Shown: positions 19,732-28,974 of the stretch, one piece after another
How positions within the stretch are numbered: the stretch's first letter is position 1
Layout of the letters: every line of letters starts with the position of its first letter
Assembly (NCBI GenBank): GCA_016191555.1
Contig: JACPVX010000038.1
Span: 1,506 to 65,505, forward strand
Reading direction: 5' to 3'
Source: Bacteroidota bacterium
Lineage (GTDB): Bacteria; Bacteroidota; Bacteroidia; Cytophagales; Cyclobacteriaceae
DNA length: 64,000 nucleotides
The notes under the pieces: generated by a model
The model's input: the letters and a program-made list of their open reading frames with translations, nothing else
What the model was told of the DNA's origin: nothing
The model's database searches: none
Program-made: the position numbers and the translations under genes

Positions 19732-21396
19732 ATGACATTATTCGAAAAACATCAACCAACTATCACCAAAGCCATTGATGCTTTGCATGCACGTACTTTT
19801 TATGCAGCGTTTGTAGAGCACCCGGCACCAGCTGTGTATGGCGAAACAGCCGATGCCGATGGACAAGCGAAATTTAAACATACGCTTGGTAAAAAATTTG
19901 AAGAGTTGCTGCAATCCAACCCAGAGGGATGGGCAGGGCAGGAGGAATCTCCTTACTTGCAGGAAGAGTTAAAAGTGAGCTATCCTATTTTCTCCACCAA
20001 CACATTGATCGATCGCGCACAAAACTCTTTTCATCAGTGGCGCAAAGTATCTGCACAAGACCGTGCTGGAATTTTGATGGAATCATTAGATCGTGTGAAA
20101 GCCCGCTTCTTTGAAGTGGCGTATGCTACTATGCATACTACCGGTCAAGGTTACATGATGGCGTTTCAAGCATCCGGCCCACATGCAGCCGATCGCGCAC
20201 TAGAAGCAATCGCTGCGGGGTATGAAGAATTGAATCGCTTTCCATCCAGCGCTATCTGGGAAAAGCCGATGGGTAAATTCAATCTGCAACTCAACAAAGA
20301 GTGGCGCGCAGTGCCCAAAGGTATTTCGGTAGTGATTGGTTGTTCAACCTTCCCGACTTGGAATTCTGTTACCGGCATCTACGGAAGTTTAATAACTGGA
20401 AATTCGGTGATTGTAAAACCACATCCCGGTGCGATTCTGCCGATCGCCATTTTTGTCGCAGAGATTCAAAAGGTGTTACAAGAAAATAATTTGGATCCCA
20501 ATACATGTCAGTTGGCGGCTGACACATTTGATAAAATGATTACGAAGGAGTTAGCCGAAAACCCAAGTGTAAAATTGATTGACTTTACCGGCAATTCTGC
20601 ATTTGGTTCGTATTTGGAAGCGCTGCCAGGCAAAGCCGTTTTCACAGAGAAGACAGGCGTGAACTCGGTGATCTTAGATTCAGTAGAAGACGTAGACAAA
20701 GTAGCGGCCAATCTCGCTTTCTCTGTCAATTTATACAGCGGCCAAATGTGTACCGCTCCGCAAAACTTTTACATTCCGGCAAGTGGAATCAAAACACCAA
20801 CGGGCTCTGTTTCATTTGACGAGTTCGCAGAAAAGTTTGTAGCAAACATCAATGGGTTGATCGACAACCCAAAAGCCGGACCATTTGTGTTAGGTGCGGT
20901 GCAAAATAAAAATACCAGCACACGTGTCATCGATGCTGAAAAAATCGATGGCAAAGTTTGGTTGAAGTCGCGCACATTCGAAAATCCGCAATTTAAAAAT
21001 GCACGTGTAGCAACTCCGGTGGTAATTGAAGTAGACGGCAGCAAGAAAGATATTTTCAGCAAAGAATTGTTTGGGCCGATCGCGCTTCTCATCAAAACAA
21101 AAAATACGGACGAATCCATTGCGCTGGCACAATCGCTCGCACAAGAACACGGAGCGATCTCTTGCGGTGCATACACCACCGACTCAACTGTTCGCGAAAA
21201 GATTGCGGATGAAATGGCATTGGCAGCAACTCCAGTATCCTTTAATTTGGTGGGCGGCATTTACATGAATCAAAATGCCGCCTTCTCCGACTTTCATGTA
21301 ACGGGTGGTAATCCTTCCGGCAATGCATCATTCACCAACCCGGAATATGTAACGAAACGATTTACGTGGGTGGGCCATCGTGAACCGGTGAAATAA
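19732..21396 (+). CDS. paaN: Phenylacetic acid degradation protein PaaN (aldehyde dehydrogenase fold)
   Basis: MAFQASGPHAADRALEA, IGCSTFPTWN, DFTG, YSGQMCTAPQN, AAFSDFH.TGGNP. Confidence 0.88.
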   Translation: MTLFEKHQPTITKAIDALHARTFYAAFVEHPAPAVYGETADADGQAKFKHTLGKKFEELLQSNPEGWAGQEESPYLQEELKVSYPIFSTNTLIDRAQNSFHQWRKVSAQDRAGILMESLDRVKARFFEVAYATMHTTGQGYMMAFQASGPHAADRALEAIAAGYEELNRFPSSAIWEKPMGKFNLQLNKEWRAVPKGISVVIGCSTFPTWNSVTGIYGSLITGNSVIVKPHPGAILPIAIFVAEIQKVLQENNLDPNTCQLAADTFDKMITKELAENPSVKLIDFTGNSAFGSYLEALPGKAVFTEKTGVNSVILDSVEDVDKVAANLAFSVNLYSGQMCTAPQNFYIPASGIKTPTGSVSFDEFAEKFVANINGLIDNPKAGPFVLGAVQNKNTSTRVIDAEKIDGKVWLKSRTFENPQFKNARVATPVVIEVDGSKKDIFSKELFGPIALLIKTKNTDESIALAQSLAQEHGAISCGAYTTDSTVREKIADEMALAATPVSFNLVGGIYMNQNAAFSDFHVTGGNPSGNASFTNPEYVTKRFTWVGHREPVK

Positions 21397-21404
21397 TACA
21401 AGTT

Positions 21405-22118
21405 ATGGCAAGAACTTTTTTACAAGCAGAATGGCGCAAGTTGGCTATTGCGAACTATGCGATCGATCCATCTCTTTTAAAAAAGTATTTGCCGTACAAG
21501 ACTGAAATTGATTTGTGGAATAACACTTGCTATGTCAGTCTGGTTGGTTTCATGTTTTTGAATACGCGCCTACTCGGATTTAAAACCCCATTTCATTCAA
21601 ATTTTGAGGAAGTAAACCTTCGATTTTATGTTCGCTATCTAGATGATGGCGAATGGAAGCGTGGTGTTGTGTTTGTCAAAGAGATTGTTCCAAAGCCAGC
21701 TCTCACTTTTGTGGCAAACACAGTTTACAAAGAGAAATACGAAACAATGCCGATGCGCCACGCTTGGACAACCACGGAAGATCGATTGGTGGTGGAATAT
21801 GCATGGAAGAAGAAATCGTGGAACTCATTTAAGGTCATAGCTGAAAGTAAAAGTAGTTTAGTACTGAAAGATTCAGAAGAAGAATTCATTACAGAACACT
21901 ATTGGGGGTACACCCAACTTTCACCAACCAAGACATCAGAATACGGTGTAGAACATCCGACCTGGCAAGTCTATCAAGCTATCGATTCACAAATTGATGT
22001 CGACTTTAAAGATGTGTATGGCGATGATTTTGCTTTTTTGAAAAACGAAAAACCTAAATCTGTTTTTCTGGCAGAGGGTTCTGAGATTGTTGTGAAATCC
22101 GGGCGAATTATTCAATAA
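21405..22118 (+). CDS. DUF2071 (YqjF) family protein
   Basis: FEEVNLRFYV, FITEHYWGY, VEHP.W. Confidence 0.88.
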   Translation: MARTFLQAEWRKLAIANYAIDPSLLKKYLPYKTEIDLWNNTCYVSLVGFMFLNTRLLGFKTPFHSNFEEVNLRFYVRYLDDGEWKRGVVFVKEIVPKPALTFVANTVYKEKYETMPMRHAWTTTEDRLVVEYAWKKKSWNSFKVIAESKSSLVLKDSEEEFITEHYWGYTQLSPTKTSEYGVEHPTWQVYQAIDSQIDVDFKDVYGDDFAFLKNEKPKSVFLAEGSEIVVKSGRIIQ

Positions 22119-22128
22119 TCCTGCTGCG

Positions 22129-23091
22129 ATGTTGATTCACTTTACCAAAAGGCGACTGGTTCGATTTTCCATTTGGTTGATAGTATTTGGTTTTGTTCTT
22201 TCAAATTTATTGGCCATCATTCACTCTTATCGCTTTACACATTTTGAGGAACCAGCTATAAACAAAAAGATCAATAATGGCGAATCATCTGTTGCGTGGA
22301 AATCGCTTTTTACCGGTGTCCGCAACCCAAGACCTGTTAACTCGAAGACCCCATCAGTTCAATTCGAAACGGTCGTGTTGCAGAGCAATCGCACGATTGA
22401 ATGTTGGTATGTGAAACAAACGAATGCCATCGGAACGATTATTTTGTTTCATGGCTATGCAACTGAAAAGTCTTCCTTGTTGGATCACGCAGAAATCTTC
22501 CAACAATTTGGATACAACACCTTGTTAGTTGACTTCATGGGTTCTGGTAATTCAGAAGGAAACCAAACCACTATTGGTTTTAAAGAAGCTATGCAAGTGC
22601 GAACAGCATTTGAGTATATTCAAAAACAAGGTGAGCAAACGATTTATTTATTCGGAGTTTCGATGGGAGCAGTTGCCATTATGAAAGCGATGGCTGATGA
22701 TCCGATGAATGTAAATGGAATCATCATCGAATGCCCGTTTGGAACAATGTATCAGACAGTGCAAGCGCGTTTTCGTCTTATGAAATTGCCCTCATTTCCA
22801 TTTGCCTCTATGATTGTGTTTTGGGGCGGAGTGCAAAATGGATTTTGGGCATTTGGTCACAACCCTGTTTCGTACGCATCAAAAATTAATTGCCCTACTT
22901 TATTGCTCTATGGAGCGAAAGACGACCGAGTGAGTAGGCAAGAGACGCAATCTATTTTCACCAACCTTACTGGAGAGAAGTTTCTGAAGATCTATCCGGA
23001 GGCAGGCCATGAAAGATATCTATTGAAATACCACGATGCGTGGATGAATGATGTTCGTCAATTTTTAAATCGAAAATCAAATCAGAATTAA
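22129..23091 (+). CDS. Membrane-anchored alpha/beta hydrolase
   Basis: FHGY, GVSMG nucleophile elbow, D (GAKDDRV), H (AGHE). Confidence 0.88.
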   Translation: MLIHFTKRRLVRFSIWLIVFGFVLSNLLAIIHSYRFTHFEEPAINKKINNGESSVAWKSLFTGVRNPRPVNSKTPSVQFETVVLQSNRTIECWYVKQTNAIGTIILFHGYATEKSSLLDHAEIFQQFGYNTLLVDFMGSGNSEGNQTTIGFKEAMQVRTAFEYIQKQGEQTIYLFGVSMGAVAIMKAMADDPMNVNGIIIECPFGTMYQTVQARFRLMKLPSFPFASMIVFWGGVQNGFWAFGHNPVSYASKINCPTLLLYGAKDDRVSRQETQSIFTNLTGEKFLKIYPEAGHERYLLKYHDAWMNDVRQFLNRKSNQN

Positions 23092-23095
23092 AAGT

Positions 23096-23323
23096 ATGAT
23101 TGTTTCCATACTCATTCGTTGGCGATATTTTTTATTGGCCATTGTTCTGATTGGCTTTCTTTTACCTCAGCGGATGGTTACCGGCAACGCGAAAGGAAAA
23201 CCTCCGCATTTACATTATAGCATTATCACATTGTTTCCCTATTTATGGCGGGTAGATCGTAGCGAGCAAGGATGGAAGAAAATGTTTTATCTGAATCCTA
23301 TTGCGTACTTAGCAAAAAAATGA
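23096..23323 (+). pseudogene. Internally deleted M23 family metallopeptidase remnant
   Basis: Signal/TM segment joined directly to the C-terminal M23 motif TGNA..KPPHLHY..LNP; the HxxxD part is absent. Confidence 0.65.
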
Positions 23324-23359
23324 GTTTCTTGTACTGCCTTTTATCTAAACTTTCTTTCT

Positions 23360-23785
23360 ATGCTGGATGCTAAAAAGATTTTTCACATCATCAGTTATTT
23401 GCAATATCCGTTTTTGATCGTTTCCATTTATTATTGCTATCGCGAGTTTGTGATGAGTGGAGCGCCATCTTTTCCAGATATCAACAAGGGGTTAATGTAC
23501 CTTGGCCTAGGCGTCAGTTTTTCCACCTTGCAAGACACAACCAAAACTCAAAATAGTATTTCGAGGCGTGTTTTTGAAAACCCAAAGTATGCTCAACGAT
23601 TTATTGTCGTGGTGGCAGTATTGGTTGCTTTTTTTGTGGACATCGGATTGTTCGGTACAATTTCCCGCAACCCAATCTTAAATGAATTGGCCATCGGTTG
23701 CTTAGGTTTAAGAATTGGTATGATGGGTATGCTCAAAGCCGTTATCGAAATGGCAGAGCATCATCGAAAAACCGAAGCGAACTAA
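23360..23785 (+). CDS. Hypothetical membrane protein (about 4 TM)
   Basis: 141 aa hydrophobic ORF; SFSTLQDTTKTQN motif. Confidence 0.7.
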   Translation: MLDAKKIFHIISYLQYPFLIVSIYYCYREFVMSGAPSFPDINKGLMYLGLGVSFSTLQDTTKTQNSISRRVFENPKYAQRFIVVVAVLVAFFVDIGLFGTISRNPILNELAIGCLGLRIGMMGMLKAVIEMAEHHRKTEAN

Positions 23786-25270
23786 CTACTTTGCCCAAGC
23801 ACTTTTTAAGTGAAATGCCTCGGTGATCTTTACATCTCCTGCAGTTTTAACTTTCATTGTTGACTGCTGAAAATAGAATTGCTCGGTGATAACACCCAGT
23901 CCATCGTTGATAAAAATTTCAGCGATAGATTGATCCACCACCAATCGCACCTTAACTGTTGCCGGATAATCGGGAACTTCATAAGATTCTACACTTGCGA
24001 AATCCGGATGGAAATCAGTTTTTATTTTGACACGATCCACTGAAACAGAACCTTCCACATACGAAATAACTAAACGATCTCCAGCATCGGTAAGCAGTTC
24101 CAATGCTGTTTCCTCTGACAGCGTGGCGGTCAATTCAAACGGACCGTTCAAAGTTTCCTTTTCGATGGATGTGATTTTTTCTCCACGTAATTTTTCTAAA
24201 CTTATGAGTTGTTGTTGCAAAATAAATCCGGAAGATGTGTGTGCCAGACTCAACTCGCGCGGTAGCGACATGGCACTGCGCCAGGGTGAAGTAGGAATTT
24301 GATTTCCGTACGTCCAATTGTTAACCCAACCGATCATTACTTTTTTATTTTGCGGATGCTCGAGATTGTTGTACACAATGCCGGCATAAAAATCTTTTCC
24401 AAAATCAACATAGCTGGGAGTACGATTGGCAGTATCTTTTGAAAAAGCCTTTCCATCAAATTCGCCAACAAAATATTGCATGCCCACAAACTTCGGCCCT
24501 TGCGGGTGACCACCGGAAAGTGAGAGCACCCATTTGGTTTTGTTTTCATTCTCGATGGGAAGCTGATACAAGTCGGGGCACTCCCAGATGCGAGTGGTGT
24601 CGCCTGAGTCGGTGAATGAACCGGTGAGGTTCCAGTTTAGTAGATTTTTTGAATCGTAAAACTGCACGGTATAGCGATCCGGAACTACCAACGCCATTAC
24701 CCATTTCTGTTGGGGCTCATACCAAAAAACTTTTGGATCGCGAAAATCTTTTCGTTGAATACTCAGTATCGGATTTTCTTTGTAATACGTCCAAGTGCGT
24801 CCTTTGTCGGTGCTATAGGCGAGGCTTTGATGTTGCAATAATCCTTGATTGTCTTTGTGAACATTGGAAGTGAAAATAGCAATGAGCGCATTGGCTCCGA
24901 ACCTTGCTGAGTTGTTTTTATCTACTACAGCTGTTCCGGAAAAAATCATCGTGCTGTCGTTGGTAATCCGGTCTTGGTATTCGCGCAAAGCGATGGGCAA
25001 ATGTTGCCAATGCAATAAGTCAGTACTCACAGCATGTCCCCAGCTCATGTGTCCCCAGGTGTTGCCATACGGATTATATTGATAAAAAAGATGATACTCA
25101 CCATCGAGATATACCAGACCATTCGGGTCATTCATCCAATTAGTTTCAGGTGTAAAATGTATTTGTGGCCGATACGTTTCCTGATAGTAGTTGGAAGTTT
25201 TTTCTGTAGATGGTTGACAGCCAATCATAGCGATGGATAGGATACCAAATGCCAGAATAATTTTACTCAT
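23786..25270 (-). CDS. Glycoside hydrolase family 32 (levanase/beta-fructosidase) lipoprotein
   Basis: WMNDPNG, WGHAVS, FRDPKV, WECPDL; lipobox MIGC. Confidence 0.93.
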   Translation of the reverse strand: MSKIILAFGILSIAMIGCQPSTEKTSNYYQETYRPQIHFTPETNWMNDPNGLVYLDGEYHLFYQYNPYGNTWGHMSWGHAVSTDLLHWQHLPIALREYQDRITNDSTMIFSGTAVVDKNNSARFGANALIAIFTSNVHKDNQGLLQHQSLAYSTDKGRTWTYYKENPILSIQRKDFRDPKVFWYEPQQKWVMALVVPDRYTVQFYDSKNLLNWNLTGSFTDSGDTTRIWECPDLYQLPIENENKTKWVLSLSGGHPQGPKFVGMQYFVGEFDGKAFSKDTANRTPSYVDFGKDFYAGIVYNNLEHPQNKKVMIGWVNNWTYGNQIPTSPWRSAMSLPRELSLAHTSSGFILQQQLISLEKLRGEKITSIEKETLNGPFELTATLSEETALELLTDAGDRLVISYVEGSVSVDRVKIKTDFHPDFASVESYEVPDYPATVKVRLVVDQSIAEIFINDGLGVITEQFYFQQSTMKVKTAGDVKITEAFHLKSAWAK

Positions 25271-25712
25271 CGTTTAATAATTTAAGTGATGCAGAGTTGA
25301 TACAATAGCGAAGGCCGCTGGGTTCGGGGCCATCCGGAAAAATATGACCGAGGTGACTATCGCACACGTTGCATAGCACTTCTACGCGTACCATGCCATA
25401 GCCGGAATCTTTGTGGTATGCCACTACATTTTCTTCAACAGGTTGAGTAAAGCTCGGCCAGCCGGTGCCCGATTCAAATTTTAATCGAGAGTCAAATAGT
25501 GGAGTGCCACAGCAAATGCACGCATAGCGACCTGGCTCGTGTGCCTCGCAGTATTCGCCTGTAAATGGGCGTTCGGTTCCTTTTAATCGGGTAACCTGAA
25601 ATTGTTCCGCTGTTAATACCTTCTTCCACTCTTCATTACTTTTTTCAACACGTGTAGGTGGTGTTGGATTTCCTTTATTTGAAAATCGAAGTACATCAAT
25701 CCATTTCAGCAT
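25263..25712 (-). CDS. msrB: Peptide-methionine (R)-S-oxide reductase
   Basis: GTERPF, GWPSF, HLGHIFPDGP, RYCINS. Confidence 0.95.
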   Translation of the reverse strand: MLKWIDVLRFSNKGNPTPPTRVEKSNEEWKKVLTAEQFQVTRLKGTERPFTGEYCEAHEPGRYACICCGTPLFDSRLKFESGTGWPSFTQPVEENVVAYHKDSGYGMVRVEVLCNVCDSHLGHIFPDGPEPSGLRYCINSASLKLLNDE

Positions 25713-25731
25713 AGAGTTAGATTTTAAAAAT

Positions 25732-26535
25732 TTATCTCACTTTAATTTTTCGCACGATCCTGGAAAATAGTTTTGGAAAAAAACGCTTCGTGTAAACTCC
25801 AAAAACTTCTTTTGCTCCTCCTATATACACTTCCTCTTTTTTCTTTTGAATGGCTTTTACTATTTCCTTCGCACAAAATTCCGGTGTTAAACCTTGATCG
25901 GTCGTTTTGTCCATTTCATTCAGCTTGGAGCCATCACCTGTCATGGCGTTCATCGTAACATTGGTGCGAATCCATCCTGGACAAATCAACGTAACGAAAA
26001 TATTCTCTTTCCACACTTCCGCACGAAGCGAATCAAAGAAGCCATGGAGAGCATGCTTGGCGGCTGAGTAACCTGAGCGATATGGGGTTCCTATAATTCC
26101 CATCACACTGCTGGTTACTACATAGTGCCCTGATTTTCTTTTGAGAAAGTGAGGCAATAAATATTTTGTAAGAGCTAAAGTTCCGAAGTAATCTACTTCC
26201 ATAATGGCGCGGTCTACTGCCAGTTTGGTTTCGCGTGCAAGGCTTCGTTGACTGATGCCACCATTATTGATAAGTATATCTATTCGCCCGAAAATTTGAA
26301 TTGCCACTTCTGTATTTAGTTGTAGCGTTTCCGCTTTTGCTAAATCCAATGGAAGAATATGAATGTTGGCGGGATCGGTACCTTTGCAATTTCCCTTTAC
26401 ACGTTCCAACTCTTCTTTTCTTCTTGCGGATAAAATCAGATGAGCGCCTTCTTTAGCGAGCGCATACGTAAGAGCTTCTCCAATACCGGAAGATGCACCC
26501 GTAATCCAAATTACTTTTGAAGTCAATGATGACAT
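25732..26535 (-). CDS. SDR family oxidoreductase
   Basis: TGASSGIG, NNGG, YSAAK; ATG 26535 preferred as start. Confidence 0.92.
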   Translation of the reverse strand: MSSLTSKVIWITGASSGIGEALTYALAKEGAHLILSARRKEELERVKGNCKGTDPANIHILPLDLAKAETLQLNTEVAIQIFGRIDILINNGGISQRSLARETKLAVDRAIMEVDYFGTLALTKYLLPHFLKRKSGHYVVTSSVMGIIGTPYRSGYSAAKHALHGFFDSLRAEVWKENIFVTLICPGWIRTNVTMNAMTGDGSKLNEMDKTTDQGLTPEFCAKEIVKAIQKKKEEVYIGGAKEVFGVYTKRFFPKLFSRIVRKIKVR

Positions 26536-26809
26536 AAATGAGGAGTAGTGTGAGTGCCCACTTTTTTCCATTCAATAATGCTATTCCGCCCGCGATGGAA
26601 GGAATTGAAAAAAGGGCGATGATGCCAAAGCCAATGAATTGAATAAAAGGAAGTACCAACTCAAGTACTTCTCTTGCCTCTTGATCGGCCTCTGAAATAA
26701 TAAATGGCAAAAATGCGGATAGAAATAAGGATACGAAAAGCATTCCGATAGCCTGCAAAACGCCATGAACAATAAATAAGATAGAAAGTATTCTCTTGTG
26801 TGTTTCCAT
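26453..26809 (-). CDS. Hypothetical membrane protein, possibly C-terminally truncated
   Basis: Hydrophobic METHKRIL...WALTLLLI, then reads out of frame 83 nt into the SDR gene. Confidence 0.6.
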   Translation of the reverse strand: METHKRILSILFIVHGVLQAIGMLFVSLFLSAFLPFIISEADQEAREVLELVLPFIQFIGFGIIALFSIPSIAGGIALLNGKKWALTLLLIYVIIDFKSNLDYGCIFRYWRSSYVCAR

Positions 26810-26814
26810 AAAGA

Positions 26815-27315
26815 TTAGTTTTTTTCGTAGATCACAAAATCAAAAGCAAACCGGTGACGATCATCAATTGCGTGGTGCTTGCGGGAAGTTTCTCTCCACT
26901 CGTTTGTATCAAACTTGGGAAAGAAAGTGTCTCCTTCCAGCTCGGTTTGTATCTCGGTTAAATACAATCGAGTAGCGAACGGCATGGCAAGTTGATAGAT
27001 CTCAGCACCGCCAATGATAAACAGTTCTTGTTGATTATTATTTTCTGCCAGTTGAATAGCATCTGCCAGCGAATGCACTACCGTACACTTCGGTGCGGTA
27101 AAACCCAATTGACGTGTTACAACAATATTGGTTCGGTTGGGAAGCGGTCGAAATTTTTCAGGAATCGAGTCGTAGTTTTTTCTACCCATCACTACATAGT
27201 GTGATGAAGTGGTTTGCATGAAATATTTCATATCATCGGGCAAGTGCCAAGGGAGATCATTATTTTTTCCGATCACTCCGTTTTGTGTTCGTGCCGCTAT
27301 TAATGAAATAATCAT
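26815..27315 (-). CDS. folA: Dihydrofolate reductase
   Basis: [33 protein letters not shown]. Confidence 0.95.
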   Translation of the reverse strand: MIISLIAARTQNGVIGKNNDLPWHLPDDMKYFMQTTSSHYVVMGRKNYDSIPEKFRPLPNRTNIVVTRQLGFTAPKCTVVHSLADAIQLAENNNQQELFIIGGAEIYQLAMPFATRLYLTEIQTELEGDTFFPKFDTNEWRETSRKHHAIDDRHRFAFDFVIYEKN

Positions 27316-27322
27316 TCTGTTC

Positions 27323-28249
27323 TTAAATTTTGTTGCCCCTGAAAAAATCCTTTACGGCCATCCGCTTTTTTCCTTCCGGCTGAAATTCTTCGATGGAAAT
27401 CCAGCCATCCCCAGTTTTGATATAAAGATACGTATTGTTATCGGTTTGGAGGGAGCCGGTGCTTTGTGTTGGGTTGCCTGCGTTCGAAGGCAAATTCGCC
27501 ACTCGAAATATCTTATACACTTTTCCGTTCAAAGAACTCCAAGCGGCAGGGTAGGGACTCAGTCCTCGCACAAAATTGCGAACCTGTTCGCTGGGTTGAT
27601 TCCAGTTGATCTCGCAGGTTTCTTTGAAGATTTTAGGTGCATGTTTTATCTCAATACCATTTGGCTGCGAAGTTGAAGGATAATTCTCATCTTCAATCGC
27701 ACGAACTGTCTTCAAAACAAGTTGTGCGCCTTTGTTCATCAGTCGCTCGTACACCGTTCCCACATCATCATTTTCATGAATGGGTTCTTTGTCTTGAAAG
27801 ATGATGCTACCGGTATCAATTTCGTGTTTCAGAAAAAACGTGGTGACGCCTGTTTCTTTTTCTCCATTGATGATCGCCCAGTTGATCGGAGCAGCTCCGC
27901 GGTATTGTGGTAGGAGTGAGCCGTGTAAATTAAACGTGCCGATCGCAGGCATCGCCCACACTACTTCGGGCAACATGCGGAAGGCAACCACAATTTGCAG
28001 GTTGGCTTGATAGCTTTTTAACTCTTCTAAAAATTCAGGTGATTTCAGATTGGTAGGCTGCAATACCGGAATATTGTATTTCAACGCGCACTCTTTTACC
28101 GGTGAAGCAGTCAATTTTTGCCCGCGACCTTGCGGTTTATCGGGTGCAGTAATCACCGCCACCACCTGAAATTTATTTTCGATGAGTATTTCCAAACTAG
28201 GCACTGCAAACTCCGGAGTGCCCATAAAAATGATGCGAAGTGGATTCAT
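27323..28249 (-). CDS. fmt: Methionyl-tRNA formyltransferase
   Basis: [38 protein letters not shown]. Confidence 0.96.
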   Translation of the reverse strand: MNPLRIIFMGTPEFAVPSLEILIENKFQVVAVITAPDKPQGRGQKLTASPVKECALKYNIPVLQPTNLKSPEFLEELKSYQANLQIVVAFRMLPEVVWAMPAIGTFNLHGSLLPQYRGAAPINWAIINGEKETGVTTFFLKHEIDTGSIIFQDKEPIHENDDVGTVYERLMNKGAQLVLKTVRAIEDENYPSTSQPNGIEIKHAPKIFKETCEINWNQPSEQVRNFVRGLSPYPAAWSSLNGKVYKIFRVANLPSNAGNPTQSTGSLQTDNNTYLYIKTGDGWISIEEFQPEGKKRMAVKDFFRGNKI

Positions 28250-28329
28250 TTGAACAGATTTAAGAAACCGTTAATTGAAGCTATGAACTTCAATTTGCGG
28301 GGTTCGAAAATAGACAATTTATGGAAGAA

Positions 28330-28965
28330 TTAGTCGCGTAATTCTTTGCGCATATACTTTTTGCAGATAGGGCAGGTTTTCCAATCGTGGCCGCGTGCCG
28401 GGCAGTATTCTCTGCCGAAGTAAATGATTTGCAAGTGTGCTTTGTTCCATTTTTCAATGGGGATTACTTTTTTCAAATCGCGTTCGGTTTGCTCCACGCT
28501 TTTACCGGTGCTCAGCGTCCAGCGGTAAGCAAGCCGATGAATATGAGTATCTACTGGAAAGGCGGGTTTGCCGAACCATTGTGTCATCACTACACTGGCA
28601 GTTTTATGACCTACTGCCGGAAGGGCTTCGAGCGCCTCAAAAGTATCAGGCACTTGCCCGTTGTATTTCTCTACTAATATTTTTGATAGCCCGGCAATCC
28701 CTTTGGATTTCATGGGAGATAATCCGCACGGCTTAATGATTTCGCGAATCTCTTCAACTGAAAGCTTCATCATATCATAGGGATTATCAGCCGCTTTAAA
28801 AAGATGGGGTGTTACTTTGTTTACACGTTCATCGGTGCATTGCGCAGAAAGCAGAACAGACACAAGAAGTGTGTACGCATCTTTGTGATGCAAGGGCACG
28901 TCTACTGTGGGGTACAGTTTTTCTAATATTGAAATGATTTTATTGGCTTTTTCCTGTTTGGTCAT
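28330..28965 (-). CDS. nth: Endonuclease III
   Basis: LLSAQCTD, HhH LPAVGHKTA, PVDTH. Confidence 0.93.
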   Translation of the reverse strand: MTKQEKANKIISILEKLYPTVDVPLHHKDAYTLLVSVLLSAQCTDERVNKVTPHLFKAADNPYDMMKLSVEEIREIIKPCGLSPMKSKGIAGLSKILVEKYNGQVPDTFEALEALPAVGHKTASVVMTQWFGKPAFPVDTHIHRLAYRWTLSTGKSVEQTERDLKKVIPIEKWNKAHLQIIYFGREYCPARGHDWKTCPICKKYMRKELRD

Positions 28966-28974
28966 AATTCAACT

